Shown in pieces: positions 39,164-49,349 of a stretch of DNA of 64,000 nucleotides (its first letter is position 1; every line of letters begins with the position of its first letter). Both the position numbers and the translations under genes were made by a program. The stretch is from Candidatus Micrarchaeia archaeon (lineage in GTDB: Archaea > Micrarchaeota > Micrarchaeia > CABMEP01), in NCBI GenBank assembly GCA_038881595.1, contig JAVZPM010000001.1:211562-275561 (forward strand), read 5' to 3'. A model generated the notes under the pieces. It ran no database searches and was not told the origin of the DNA. It saw only the letters and a list, made by a program, of their open reading frames with translations.

Positions 39164-39218
39164 TTAGAGACGTTAGTAAACCAATCATAAAAATAAATTA
39201 AAGTCCGTAACGTCTTAC

Positions 39219-40097
39219 CTATTTAATATAGAAGATATCATTTTCGAATTTTTTTATCATTATTTTTATTTTATTCTTTTTCTTATTATTGCTGTAATCA
39301 AATATAGATCTTCTATCTTTTTTAGGTATGCGTAGCATCTCGTTTAGTTCAGCATAATGCTCTTTGAAACTTTTAGATATTTCTTCAAGCTTTTGTTTTC
39401 TCTTTTCAATTTCCTTAAGTCCATTTATTCTTGCTTCTTCATATTCTCTACTTATCCACCAACCACTGGTTCCATACATATCTATTAACAGCTTATCGTT
39501 TAAGAGAACAAGTTCAATCAAATCAACATTATACTTATCATTTTTCCATTCTTCTAAGACTTTTTCCCTTACAATCAATAATATTCTCTCTTTTTCCTTT
39601 GTATCTATAAAAGTATTATATTCAGCGATTTTCATTAGTAAATTACTAATTACATAAAATTTCTTTTTATCTTGGACTTTCTTATATTCTTCTTCAAGAT
39701 TTAAATCACTCATTTCTATTTCAGTTAATATTTCTACTGCATTTTTAGATACGTCTTTTCCCCTTGTATACCAAATCTTCTTAATTAAGTCTTTTTGTTC
39801 ATCCTTGAATGAATTATCTATAACCTCTTCTACCTTTTTATCTTCAGGATAGTATAGATTATAGTAGTTATAATATGCTTTTGCATCTATTGGCTTAAAT
39901 ATAAGTCCAAGTGTCAAAACCCCTTTTGCTATATTTTCAATTAAAGGTTTTTTGATTTTTTCTTTCCAGTTTTCTTTTTGTATGTTTTTTTCTTTTTTCT
40001 TACTTTCCATTTCCTCCCCTATTGATACTTTCGAATTTGAAGTATATAAGTTTTTCTTTAACGCTTTAGCCATCCTATTTTTTAATATCGATTTCAC
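39219..40097 (-). CDS. Hypothetical charged protein, 292 aa (start overlaps stop of upstream gene: ATGA)
   Basis: Lys/Glu-rich, no recognised motif. It is co-directional and translationally coupled with 40097-43288. Confidence 0.4.
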   Translation of the reverse strand: MKSILKNRMAKALKKNLYTSNSKVSIGEEMESKKKEKNIQKENWKEKIKKPLIENIAKGVLTLGLIFKPIDAKAYYNYYNLYYPEDKKVEEVIDNSFKDEQKDLIKKIWYTRGKDVSKNAVEILTEIEMSDLNLEEEYKKVQDKKKFYVISNLLMKIAEYNTFIDTKEKERILLIVREKVLEEWKNDKYNVDLIELVLLNDKLLIDMYGTSGWWISREYEEARINGLKEIEKRKQKLEEISKSFKEHYAELNEMLRIPKKDRRSIFDYSNNKKKNKIKIMIKKFENDIFYIK

Positions 40098-43000
40098 TAA
40101 GATTTATCATTTCCTTGAATTTTCGTTTCTACGATTCTTTTTTCTTCAGGTTTAGACCACCATTTTTCAACCCATTCTTTATCTTCTTTATTTTTTTGCT
40201 GTTCAATATTAGAAATATCTATTCCTTTCTCTTTTCCAAAGTAATATTGTACCCCTACTCCTACTTCATTTAGCTTATTAAATACTTCGTTTTCATCAAG
40301 CGTTTTTAATTTTGTAGAAGGATCTACTGTTCGTTTTGTATTATCTATTATCTCTCTCATAGGATTTTCTTTGTTTTCCTTAATATGCGCATTTATAGAT
40401 TCTTCAAGTTTCCTCTCTAAACTATATAGAGTTGTATTCATGTTATTCAATGCTTTTAAAAAATCAGAATATCGTTCTTTATCTGCAGGTGATTGTGGGC
40501 CTTGACTCGTATTTTCTACTTCATCACGTGCTTTAGTTATTTTTTCTCGCATTTCTTTTATAGTTTGTACTGGTTGATTATTTATAATTTCTTCAGTTGT
40601 ATCTGCATTTACTAATTTTTCATACCAATTTGGGAATTTTTGTATAAACTTATCTTCTTGTTCCCATTCATAAGGTTCTCGTGTAAGGTCCATTATAATT
40701 CTATCAGTTTTACTTATTCTATAAGGAACAGGAGGGATTTTTTCAATTAATCTTTTTATTTCACGTGATAATTCATCAACATTTTGCTTACCATCAGAAA
40801 TCGAATTATTAACTTGCTGAGCGGTTTTTAAAGCATCAAGAGCACTGCTTGCCTTAAACACTTCTTCTCTCTCTTTGATAGCGCTAGGTCCGATGTATGC
40901 AACGTTATCTATCTTTTTCTCTTTTGCGTATTTACTCATTTCATTTCCAAGTTTTAATGTCTCAATTTCATTATTTATCTTTTCCATCATCACTTCGTAT
41001 TTTTTAATTTCATTTTCTCGCTTCCAGAGTTCATCCTTTGCTTTTTCAAGTTTTGTTTTCATTTCTTCATATCCAGGAGTACCTTTTGATAATTTATTAA
41101 ATTCTCTTTGAATTTCATTTACATTTATCTTTGCTTGATTTAAATTTTCATCTAATATCTTTTTACCGTTTGTGAAAACATTGAAAAGATTATCTTTTGT
41201 AACGTCACTCCACTTCATTTCTTTTCCTTCTATTGATTTTACAATTTCTAATAAATCTTTAGCTTCCTTTTCATTTAATGTACTTCTTATCTGTTTGGCT
41301 ACAGCTTCTGTAAGTAATTCCGAATTCTTTGCATCTCTAAAATTGAGCGTCATTAATGCATTCAATTTCTCATTTCTGTCTATTATTTTATTACCTTTTT
41401 CATCTTTTATATCAATATAATCTAAATATTTTACAACATGTCCGATCATAAAGTCATGAACTAAATAATTAAATGTCAAATATGCATCTGGATCTTTTTG
41501 AACTCTTTCTTTAATTCTTCTTAATGTTTCAGAGTCATTTTTTTCTAAAGCTTTAGTTAGTTCTGTTGGTGAGATTCCAAATGTTTTTGCAAGGTCGCTA
41601 AATTCAGCTATTTTAGCTTTTGATTCATCAATGCCATAGTTTTTATAATATGCGGGCATATCAATTTTTCCTATAAAATTATTTTTGTCAAATCCAATAA
41701 GATTTCCGTTATTTCCTATTCTATTTATTATCTTCTCTGCGTATTTTTCTTCTATGTATTTATCTAATTTATTCAGTATAATAGACAATTTCTCTTCTTT
41801 GATATTAGCGATTTCAGTTAATAAGTTTATTTTTTCTTTGATTTCCATCTTTGTGTATGGAGACAAAAATGGTGATTTCAGTTTCTTCTCTTCATACTCA
41901 ATCAATTCTTTACTTATTTCTTTTGCTTTGTCCATATCTTTGCTATTTAAAATTCCTTTTAGAGAATAAATGTCTGAAATTATCGAATCTGGTGTTAATC
42001 CTAACTTTTCAGCTATTTTCCTTTTTCCAGTTTCAGTCAATCCATATTGATCAATATCTTCACCTATTTTTAATTTCACTCCGTACACTTCTTCTCCTTT
42101 TTTCTTGATATCTTCTAGTTCTTCTTTTGTATAAATTTCTCCTGGCCTTATAATTTGAGGAATCTGTGCATAAGAAAGGGACCAGGGTCTTACGCCAAGA
42201 TGTCCAAGGCTAGCAAAAAAGTTACTTAAAGTTATATTGAGTAATTGTTTAAATAAGGAAGGGGGTGTTTCGTGGAACATTCTTTCACCACCGAAAGGTC
42301 CCTTTGTAGTTTTGATCATCTCTTTTGATTTTTCCTTTTCTTTAGCTTCTGCACCCCTCCTTTGCATCTGCTTTGAAAGTTCAATCATCTTTAGTTTGTT
42401 TAGTTCTTTTGTGCCAGGGATTTTTAAAGTTCTTGAAATAGCAAGCCAAGGCGCAGTTGCTACTTTAACAACAGTTTCAATCGTCTTTTTCCCTTCTGCT
42501 TTTTTCTCAATTTTTTTCAATTCTTTTTCAGGAATTTCAGCTCCTTTAGCCAATCCGATTTTAGCACCTGTTTTAACACTTCCATATACTGCTCCAGCTG
42601 CTATACCTGCAATAGTGGTTCTTTGTCTAGTAGTAACTCTTCTATCACCTATACCTGGCGCTTTAAATGCAACTCTTGAAAAGTCAAACAATCCAAATGG
42701 ATTCTTTCCAGATGCAAACATTGCTGCGATAAGAAGAGCAAATATTATGAAAAGAGGAGCACAAGCATTCAAACTTATTAACGGAAATATTCCAGGAACA
42801 TATCGTTCTGTTTTCACGCTTCCCGTAAATGGTTCTTTTGGTTTTGGTGTAAAAGAAGCAGTTATTGAATATGAGATCTTTCTAGGATCGGTTGAATTTT
42901 CTAATAATGGTGGCTGAGTGTATATTGTAAAAGAAACAGTTCCATTTTCATCAGTCTTTTGTACGAAAGGTGCTGACTCATCTGAAAGGACAAACTCACC

Positions 43001-43288
43001 TGCCGCATTTTTTGTTACAAATTTACTTCCAATTACCAGTTCTATAGTTATATTTTTGTTTGCGAGAGGTATTCTATTTTGTGTTTTTCTATCAATCGCA
43101 TTAAGTTGTATATTAACATCGATTGTATTATCAGTTATACCTACAGGTATATTTATTGGATGCCTTGAATGCTGAATTACAATTTCAGTTGGATTTTTAT
43201 CTACAGGACAGATATTAGCTGTGAAAACTAGAGGAATTGTAAAGAGGAAAAGTATAATAACTAATCCATTTACTCTCATTTGTATCAA
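40097..43288 (-). CDS. Large (1063 aa) membrane protein: signal peptide, about 180-aa ectodomain, single TM, about 800-aa cytoplasmic coiled-coil region
   Basis: N-terminus MIQMRVNGLVIILFLFTIPLVFTA is a signal peptide. The TM is FPLISLNACAPLFIIFALLIAAMFASG. The long remainder is Lys/Glu-rich and heptad-like. It is transcribed divergently from the six-paralog array. Confidence 0.55.
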   Translation of the reverse strand: MIQMRVNGLVIILFLFTIPLVFTANICPVDKNPTEIVIQHSRHPINIPVGITDNTIDVNIQLNAIDRKTQNRIPLANKNITIELVIGSKFVTKNAAGEFVLSDESAPFVQKTDENGTVSFTIYTQPPLLENSTDPRKISYSITASFTPKPKEPFTGSVKTERYVPGIFPLISLNACAPLFIIFALLIAAMFASGKNPFGLFDFSRVAFKAPGIGDRRVTTRQRTTIAGIAAGAVYGSVKTGAKIGLAKGAEIPEKELKKIEKKAEGKKTIETVVKVATAPWLAISRTLKIPGTKELNKLKMIELSKQMQRRGAEAKEKEKSKEMIKTTKGPFGGERMFHETPPSLFKQLLNITLSNFFASLGHLGVRPWSLSYAQIPQIIRPGEIYTKEELEDIKKKGEEVYGVKLKIGEDIDQYGLTETGKRKIAEKLGLTPDSIISDIYSLKGILNSKDMDKAKEISKELIEYEEKKLKSPFLSPYTKMEIKEKINLLTEIANIKEEKLSIILNKLDKYIEEKYAEKIINRIGNNGNLIGFDKNNFIGKIDMPAYYKNYGIDESKAKIAEFSDLAKTFGISPTELTKALEKNDSETLRRIKERVQKDPDAYLTFNYLVHDFMIGHVVKYLDYIDIKDEKGNKIIDRNEKLNALMTLNFRDAKNSELLTEAVAKQIRSTLNEKEAKDLLEIVKSIEGKEMKWSDVTKDNLFNVFTNGKKILDENLNQAKINVNEIQREFNKLSKGTPGYEEMKTKLEKAKDELWKRENEIKKYEVMMEKINNEIETLKLGNEMSKYAKEKKIDNVAYIGPSAIKEREEVFKASSALDALKTAQQVNNSISDGKQNVDELSREIKRLIEKIPPVPYRISKTDRIIMDLTREPYEWEQEDKFIQKFPNWYEKLVNADTTEEIINNQPVQTIKEMREKITKARDEVENTSQGPQSPADKERYSDFLKALNNMNTTLYSLERKLEESINAHIKENKENPMREIIDNTKRTVDPSTKLKTLDENEVFNKLNEVGVGVQYYFGKEKGIDISNIEQQKNKEDKEWVEKWWSKPEEKRIVETKIQGNDKS

Positions 43289-43336
43289 TACATTATATAA
43301 GTTTGAATTTTAAATCTTTTTATTAATATAATATCA

Positions 43337-44962
43337 ATGAAGAAATCTAATAAATTTATAAAGTTTACTTATTCATTATTCATTCTGTTTAGCCTAATTA
43401 TTTTTGTTTATGCTCAAATACAAACACAAAGCCAACAGACATGGCAGCAGTATGTTCCTAATTGGTTTCCTTTGTTTGCAGTTGCAATCGGAATAGGATT
43501 TGGAATAACTGGACTTGCGTTCATGTTAGCAAGAACTTTTCAACTTCCACAGATGGAAACATGGGCTAGAGCAGAATTGTTTGAGGTAACTGGAAGTGCA
43601 TTCTTAGTTTTAATAATACTAATAACATTAGGAGTGATTGACAATCTATTCATTGCGGCAGTAGGAATGAAGCCAACAGATCTTTCACTTGACTTTACAA
43701 ATAGAATTTCAGAAAGATTAATGGATAGATATATTGATTCTGTTAAGCTAGGTGCAGCAATAGGTATGCTTTCAGGTCCACCAGTTCAATATTTAGGTGC
43801 AACATCTTCAACGTCAGATAAAAGCGGTCAGCTAAATCAAGGAAGCGGTACTCAAGCTACAGGAGGCAACGACGGCAAACCAGAGCAGTCTTCAGAGACA
43901 CCAAATAGAATCTGGATGGTAGCCATTAAATCTTTTAAAATGAATTACCTAACGTTTTATGCTGCAGATGTTTTTAACGGTCATTTTAACTTAGTTCAAT
44001 CTATAGCCTTAACTTCTTTAGCAGCATCTATATTTTCTCATATATTATTGAATTTTATAAATAGTGTTGCAATTCCATTTTTAATTCCATTTGGATTGTT
44101 TTTGAGTATATTTACATTGACAAGGAAAATGGGGAGAACTATAATTGCATTTGGTGTTGGGCTCTATCTCTTTGTTCCTCTTTCAATAATAATTGCTCAA
44201 ACAATGTATGATTCTGTATTTAAGCCAAATTCTTCAATTCCTCCTATTAGTAGACCTTCAGGAAATTCAAATATAGATAGATTTACAAATGAAGTATTTG
44301 CTTATGAAGCTTTAGATCTACTTTCTCAGCTAGCAATTGCTCAATATGCGATTTTACGTAATTCAGATACTTCTTTAATACCAAGCTGTGCAGCTGGAGC
44401 CACTTCTCTTTCTTCAATATGTGGAATAGCTGCTCCAGCTTGCGTTCCAATATTTACTATAGTATGTTATGTGCTTGGTGGTATGTCTGATGTAGGTAGT
44501 GGAATGGATAACTTAAACACCATCCAAGATGTTTTATCCGTTTTGAGAGTTGCTACTTTAAGCACAATTCTTGATGTTCCTGTTTCAGATCAATTAAATT
44601 CAGCAGTTGCAACCATTGTAAGTTTAGGGGTGGCAGGTGTTGCATCTACATTTATATTTCATTTAATTCCATCTAATGTGATGTCTATAAATTATATTAT
44701 GCCATTACTGCAACAATTAATGAACTTTGGACAGTATGAAGTATCTGTTTTGACAGCTTCTCTATATGCAAACATGAATCAATACTTAGCAATCAAGTTA
44801 ACAAATATTACACTTGCATATACTCCATATGTAATGCAAGATGCAGTTCCTGCATTACTCATCCCGTTCATAATCATCTTTACAGTTATAACTGGTATAA
44901 GGTCAATCTCTCCAGCTATTGGAGGGGAAGTTCAAATACTGGGAGTCTCAGAACTTATATGA
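43337..44962 (+). CDS. Paralog 1 of a six-member tandem family of polytopic membrane proteins, 541 aa
   Basis: A signal peptide (..LIIFVYA|QIQ) is followed by W..E + TM (ETWARAELFEVTGSAFLVLIILITLGV), a variable exo region, TM bundle with TLTRKMGRTIIAFGVGLYLFVPL and C-terminal ..ISPAIGGEVQILGVSELI. Confidence 0.6.
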   Translation: MKKSNKFIKFTYSLFILFSLIIFVYAQIQTQSQQTWQQYVPNWFPLFAVAIGIGFGITGLAFMLARTFQLPQMETWARAELFEVTGSAFLVLIILITLGVIDNLFIAAVGMKPTDLSLDFTNRISERLMDRYIDSVKLGAAIGMLSGPPVQYLGATSSTSDKSGQLNQGSGTQATGGNDGKPEQSSETPNRIWMVAIKSFKMNYLTFYAADVFNGHFNLVQSIALTSLAASIFSHILLNFINSVAIPFLIPFGLFLSIFTLTRKMGRTIIAFGVGLYLFVPLSIIIAQTMYDSVFKPNSSIPPISRPSGNSNIDRFTNEVFAYEALDLLSQLAIAQYAILRNSDTSLIPSCAAGATSLSSICGIAAPACVPIFTIVCYVLGGMSDVGSGMDNLNTIQDVLSVLRVATLSTILDVPVSDQLNSAVATIVSLGVAGVASTFIFHLIPSNVMSINYIMPLLQQLMNFGQYEVSVLTASLYANMNQYLAIKLTNITLAYTPYVMQDAVPALLIPFIIIFTVITGIRSISPAIGGEVQILGVSELI

Positions 44963-44984
44963 AACAATTAAGGAGAGTCAGATC

Positions 44985-45857
44985 ATGGGATTTAGTGATA
45001 TACCGACATGTTTAAGCACTTGCACATTATCATCAGAGTATTCAAACTGGCTTCCTTTAGCGAGTATGATAATATTCATAGTTCTACTTGGAATATCTAT
45101 AGGCTTTATGATATCTAGGTTTCTAAATAGACGCGATTGGGAAGCAATGATAAGATTAGAATTATACCATCTATCAGTTGCAGTTATTTGGATCGGATTA
45201 ATCGCAATAGTTGCTAACATTACATGCTCGTTATCTTGCTCAATAACTAAAGACGAGAGTCCGTTCACTTCTTCAATTAATTATCTTAACACAATTAATT
45301 CAAAATTGAGTAGTATTATAAATTCCTTGTATGAGAAAGCAAAGAATATAAGAATAGAAACAGCATATTATGATGCATTTGCCAATTTCATGTATTCGCC
45401 AAAGGCAGGTTGTGATAATGTTGCATCAGTGTATGAGAATTTTTCATTCATGTTATCTCCATTCGTTGCCAGTCTTTTGATTCAGCAGTATGCTTTAATT
45501 TTTATAAGCCAGATTGCATTCACATATCTACTTCCTATCGGAATAATTCTTCGCTTGATTCCAGGGTTTAAAGATGCTTCTTCATATGTTATTGCTATTG
45601 CCTTTTCATTTTATATTATCCTGCCTTTAACTTATATTTTCGCGCAAAAGGCAACCGAAGGAATTTCACTATCTACTATTGATACAGATGCAAATGATTG
45701 CGTCTCTGCTAATGAAATTCAGACCATATTAACTGATGTTGGATTGATTTTGCCTCAGGCAGTATTCTTCCCTGCTTTAAGTAGCATTATTACAATTGGT
45801 GCAGCAAGAGCGCTTGCAGAGATATTTAAGTATGATTTCATTGAACTAAGGGGATAA
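44985..45857 (+). CDS. Paralog 2 of the membrane-protein family, about 290 aa (start taken at ATG 44985 preceded by AGGAGA; ORF-track start 44919 overlaps paralog 1)
   Basis: The W..E+TM element is RRDWEAMIRLELYHLSVAVIWIGL. The conserved TM motif is LRLIPGFKDASSYVIAIAFSFYIILPLTY. The C-terminus is RALAEIFKYDFIELRG. Confidence 0.55.
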   Translation: MGFSDIPTCLSTCTLSSEYSNWLPLASMIIFIVLLGISIGFMISRFLNRRDWEAMIRLELYHLSVAVIWIGLIAIVANITCSLSCSITKDESPFTSSINYLNTINSKLSSIINSLYEKAKNIRIETAYYDAFANFMYSPKAGCDNVASVYENFSFMLSPFVASLLIQQYALIFISQIAFTYLLPIGIILRLIPGFKDASSYVIAIAFSFYIILPLTYIFAQKATEGISLSTIDTDANDCVSANEIQTILTDVGLILPQAVFFPALSSIITIGAARALAEIFKYDFIELRG

Positions 45858-45858
45858 A

Positions 45859-47043
45859 TTGGATCTAGACAAGATAATTAATAAAGGCACATGCGATAGA
45901 AAGATAGCTATGGTAGTGTATGTTCTATTTTTATTTGTCTCATTTTCATTTGCAGCTCAAGATGTTTTTGGTTTTCATACAGATGTTGACTGGATTCTAA
46001 TCGCATATTTAGTTATACTTATTGTTGCGCTACTATTAGGAATCGCATTTATGATATCAAAAGTATTTGCAATGCATGAGTTAGAAGCATGGACAAGAGA
46101 AGAAGCAATGAATCTTATTATGTCAATTGCAATTCTTGTTTTATTTACTGCTTTTATTGGTGTAGCTGAACAAATAGCAAATTCTTTATCTAAAGATATT
46201 CTTTCTTCAAGCGTTTCTGCAAGTGCTTCAGGTAATATAAGTTATTGGCAATACATACCAAATGAAGGCAGATGGAAAACAATAGAAACTTCCAATCCAT
46301 CTTGTGAATACCCATGTTACATGTATATGGCAAGAGGCTTCTTAGGTTCTTTGTATGAAAAATATGGAGAATCTTTAAAGGGTATCGCGCAATACTATTT
46401 TGTTTCAGTTTTTTATTCCACCCAATCTGTGGGGTCTGGTGTTGATTTTACTTGGGGTAAATTTAAATTTGAATTTGGAATGGGATTTCCATTAAATGCA
46501 GGTTTAACTATCTATAACAATATACTAGCAACAGTAGTAAGCGAGTATTTGAAAATAATCACAGCTATAAAAATGCAGGAAATTGCTTTAGTTTATCTTT
46601 CATCTCTTGCAGGCATGTTCTTCATACTTGGGATAATATCACGTTCAGTTTGGTTTTTAAGAAAATTCGGCGGTCTGTTTGTAGCTGCAGGCATAGGTTT
46701 ATACTTAATATTTCCAATGGTTTATGTTTTAAGTTGGTACACGATTGACAGATCTGTAGTGATGTTCGAAGTGGATCTTCCAGAACCAGCAGCTTCGGAT
46801 GATCTGCTTTCATTCTTTACCGGTGGAATTGGAGGTTTAGGAAATGTTGATTTGTTATTTACAAAATATAATGAGAATGGATCTGTAATTTCAATCGGAA
46901 TGTTAGATGCATTAGGAAGGTCATACATCCCAATAATAGTAGTGCCAATCCTTGCGATTTTTACCACTCTTGGATTTATAAGACATTTCTCACCAATGAT
47001 TGGTGGAGATCCTGAAATAGCAGGTCTTACAAGAATTATTTAA
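45859..47043 (+). CDS. Paralog 3 of the membrane-protein family, 394 aa (TTG start after AAGGGG)
   Basis: A signal peptide (..FSFA|AQD) is followed by HELEAWTREEAMNLIMSIAILVLF, then SRSVWFLRKFGGLFVAAGIGLYLIFPMVY, and C-terminal FSPMIGGDPEIAGLTRII. Confidence 0.55.
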   Translation: MDLDKIINKGTCDRKIAMVVYVLFLFVSFSFAAQDVFGFHTDVDWILIAYLVILIVALLLGIAFMISKVFAMHELEAWTREEAMNLIMSIAILVLFTAFIGVAEQIANSLSKDILSSSVSASASGNISYWQYIPNEGRWKTIETSNPSCEYPCYMYMARGFLGSLYEKYGESLKGIAQYYFVSVFYSTQSVGSGVDFTWGKFKFEFGMGFPLNAGLTIYNNILATVVSEYLKIITAIKMQEIALVYLSSLAGMFFILGIISRSVWFLRKFGGLFVAAGIGLYLIFPMVYVLSWYTIDRSVVMFEVDLPEPAASDDLLSFFTGGIGGLGNVDLLFTKYNENGSVISIGMLDALGRSYIPIIVVPILAIFTTLGFIRHFSPMIGGDPEIAGLTRII

Positions 47044-47056
47044 GCATATGAATTAA

Positions 47057-48202
47057 GTGGATATTATGATGTTTAGTTTAAGTGAGTTTATGAAAAATAA
47101 TAAAACAAAGAAAAATGCAAATTCGATATTAGATCTATTTTCAAAAAGTTTAATTATGTTTTTCATCTTAATTTCAATATCCTTTGCTGCAACAGAATGT
47201 GGTTACTTTGGAACATATCTTTACAATAATGTTTGTGTTCCTGACCTATTAGTTAATTTAAGTACAATACTAATTTTAATCGGAATCGTAATAGGCTCAA
47301 TATTTTATGGACTGGGCATTGCATTAGAGCATACAAGAATTAAAGAATGGTCTAAAGAGTTTCTTTATCAAATGCTTGGTACAGCAGTAATTCTTTCTGT
47401 TTATCTAGGTCTCGTAGCTTCTTTAAACAGTTTTGCACCTGCAATTTATAATTCAAATCTAGCATATCCGGCTGAAAGCACTGTTCGTTCTCTTTCAGAT
47501 ACTAAATGGATAAACGTGCAATCACATGCTGAAAAATATGTAGATTGCCTTTTAAATTACACAAAAAACGCAACACTGGAAATAGTGGGGATTTCCTCCT
47601 CTTTATCTTCATTAGCATCTACTTCTATTCAATTAATTTCTGGTTCCTTCAGTAACTTTTATCCAATATTTCCAACTGGAGGGGGTCTGACTTCTATAAT
47701 GTCGGTTCTAATAGGGGCGCTTGCAACAACCATTATTCAGCTTAAACTCCAACTTGAAATACTAAAATTGAATTCTGCATTGTTTAGTATTGTGCTTCCA
47801 CTTGGATTGATATTAAGATCATTTCCATATACAAGAGGGGCTGGAGCAGCAATGATAGCAATAACATTTGGATTTACGATCTTTCTACCTATATTTTATT
47901 TGATCATAGAGGACATAGGTTATCATTTTTATCAAAAAGATGTATGTTCAATACATCCACCATCGATAGGATTTTTCCAGCTGGTAGGCATGGGAATAAA
48001 AATAGCGCAAAATGGAGCAATTGAAACGCTTCAAGATTACTTTGGAGTCGGAGGAGATTTTGAAAGCCTGACAACAGTTTTATTAATACAAGCTACTATT
48101 CTTCCATTTGTAGCTTATTTAGTAGTTCTTAATATAATTAAGCGGCTTGCAGAGGTGCTAGGTGGGGAGATAGATCTCAGCACATTGGTGAGATTGATAT
48201 GA
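47057..48202 (+). CDS. Paralog 4 of the membrane-protein family, 381 aa (GTG at 47057 or ATG at 47066)
   Basis: A signal peptide (..ISISFA|ATE) is followed by HTRIKEWSKEFLYQMLGTAVIL, then LRSFPYTRGAGAAMIAITFGFTIFLPIFY, and C-terminal LAEVLGGEIDLSTLVRLI. Confidence 0.55.
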   Translation: MDIMMFSLSEFMKNNKTKKNANSILDLFSKSLIMFFILISISFAATECGYFGTYLYNNVCVPDLLVNLSTILILIGIVIGSIFYGLGIALEHTRIKEWSKEFLYQMLGTAVILSVYLGLVASLNSFAPAIYNSNLAYPAESTVRSLSDTKWINVQSHAEKYVDCLLNYTKNATLEIVGISSSLSSLASTSIQLISGSFSNFYPIFPTGGGLTSIMSVLIGALATTIIQLKLQLEILKLNSALFSIVLPLGLILRSFPYTRGAGAAMIAITFGFTIFLPIFYLIIEDIGYHFYQKDVCSIHPPSIGFFQLVGMGIKIAQNGAIETLQDYFGVGGDFESLTTVLLIQATILPFVAYLVVLNIIKRLAEVLGGEIDLSTLVRLI

Positions 48203-49335
48203 AAAAGAGATTCGTTCATGTATTGCATTTAGCTTTGCTGCTTCTAATTATTCTATTTAATCCTGTGCATGCTCAAACAAATACTAATCAAGACAATGTG
48301 CCAAATGGTTGTGAAGTTGCGTTGCTTTTGGATTTTGGAAATCAAAGCAACAGTGCTATAGGCGTAGAACAGAATTGGAAATCTTTGTCCTTTATTGGAT
48401 TATTAGTTTCTTTATTCCTGTTAATTTTTGCATATTTAATAGGTAAATCTTTAGATTCCCCACAACTTATAGCTAGAGCTAAGACAGATATGATTCAGGT
48501 GGTTGTGACTGCAATAATGCTTGGAGTTCTTTATTCAATCTTATTCTTTATTTGCAGTATTGATGCGTCTCAATTTGGATTTAACTTTACTTCATTTTTT
48601 GATGGAGCAAGAATGTATCTTGAATATTCGAGGGCCTCAGCACTCAATGCATATCTTAAATGTACAAATGCAATGATGATCATAACTGGATTATCTACAT
48701 TCAATATAAACAATCCAAACTTTATAGACTTGGGTGCATTTCTACATATAGGGGTTTACTTTAAACCTTTTGCAGGTTATGGAATTACAATAGGTGCTCT
48801 TAACTGGTTCTCCAGTCTGGTTCAACTTTCATATTCATTAATTACTGGATATATTGTGGTTCTAAATGCGATTCAATTATATTTCCTTAATCTACTTCTT
48901 CCAGCAGGAGTAGTATTGAGGTGTTTTTCACCAACAAGAGATTTAGGCGGTGTCCTGATTGCAATAAGTGTAGGTTTATTCTTTTTCTATCCTTTACTGT
49001 TTTCATTTTCATACATGATTATAGGTCAACCAGATCCAAATGTAGGATTGCCAGACATGGATTGGGAGAGTGAGATAAATAGTGCTGTAGTTAAATCTGT
49101 AGCACTATCGTCAGCTCCTTTCGGTAGTCTTATAATTATCTATAATTCATTGTTCGGCAAAGGCGGAGAAGCCATAGATAGATTAAATGAGGCATATATC
49201 GCGACAGGCAGTGTGATTTTATATGTTTTTATATTACCTGCAATTAATTGGATTATCTTAGTAGCAATTGTCAGAGAATTAAGCAAGGCATTAGGCCAGG
49301 AAGTAGATATATCTGGTTTGGCAAGAATGATCTGA
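48199..49335 (+). CDS. Paralog 5 of the membrane-protein family, 378 aa (ATGA overlap with paralog 4)
   Basis: A signal peptide (..FNPVHA|QTN) is followed by QLIARAKTDMIQVVVTAIMLGV, then LRCFSPTRDLGGVLIAISVGLFFFYPLLF, and C-terminal LSKALGQEVDISGLARMI. Confidence 0.6.
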   Translation: MKKRFVHVLHLALLLLIILFNPVHAQTNTNQDNVPNGCEVALLLDFGNQSNSAIGVEQNWKSLSFIGLLVSLFLLIFAYLIGKSLDSPQLIARAKTDMIQVVVTAIMLGVLYSILFFICSIDASQFGFNFTSFFDGARMYLEYSRASALNAYLKCTNAMMIITGLSTFNINNPNFIDLGAFLHIGVYFKPFAGYGITIGALNWFSSLVQLSYSLITGYIVVLNAIQLYFLNLLLPAGVVLRCFSPTRDLGGVLIAISVGLFFFYPLLFSFSYMIIGQPDPNVGLPDMDWESEINSAVVKSVALSSAPFGSLIIIYNSLFGKGGEAIDRLNEAYIATGSVILYVFILPAINWIILVAIVRELSKALGQEVDISGLARMI

Positions 49336-49349
49336 AAGACGGTGAAATT

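Noticed and set aside
41172-42917. Plus-strand ORFs inside 40097-43288
   Set aside because: They are antisense to the coiled-coil gene and Ser/Phe/Leu-rich artefacts.
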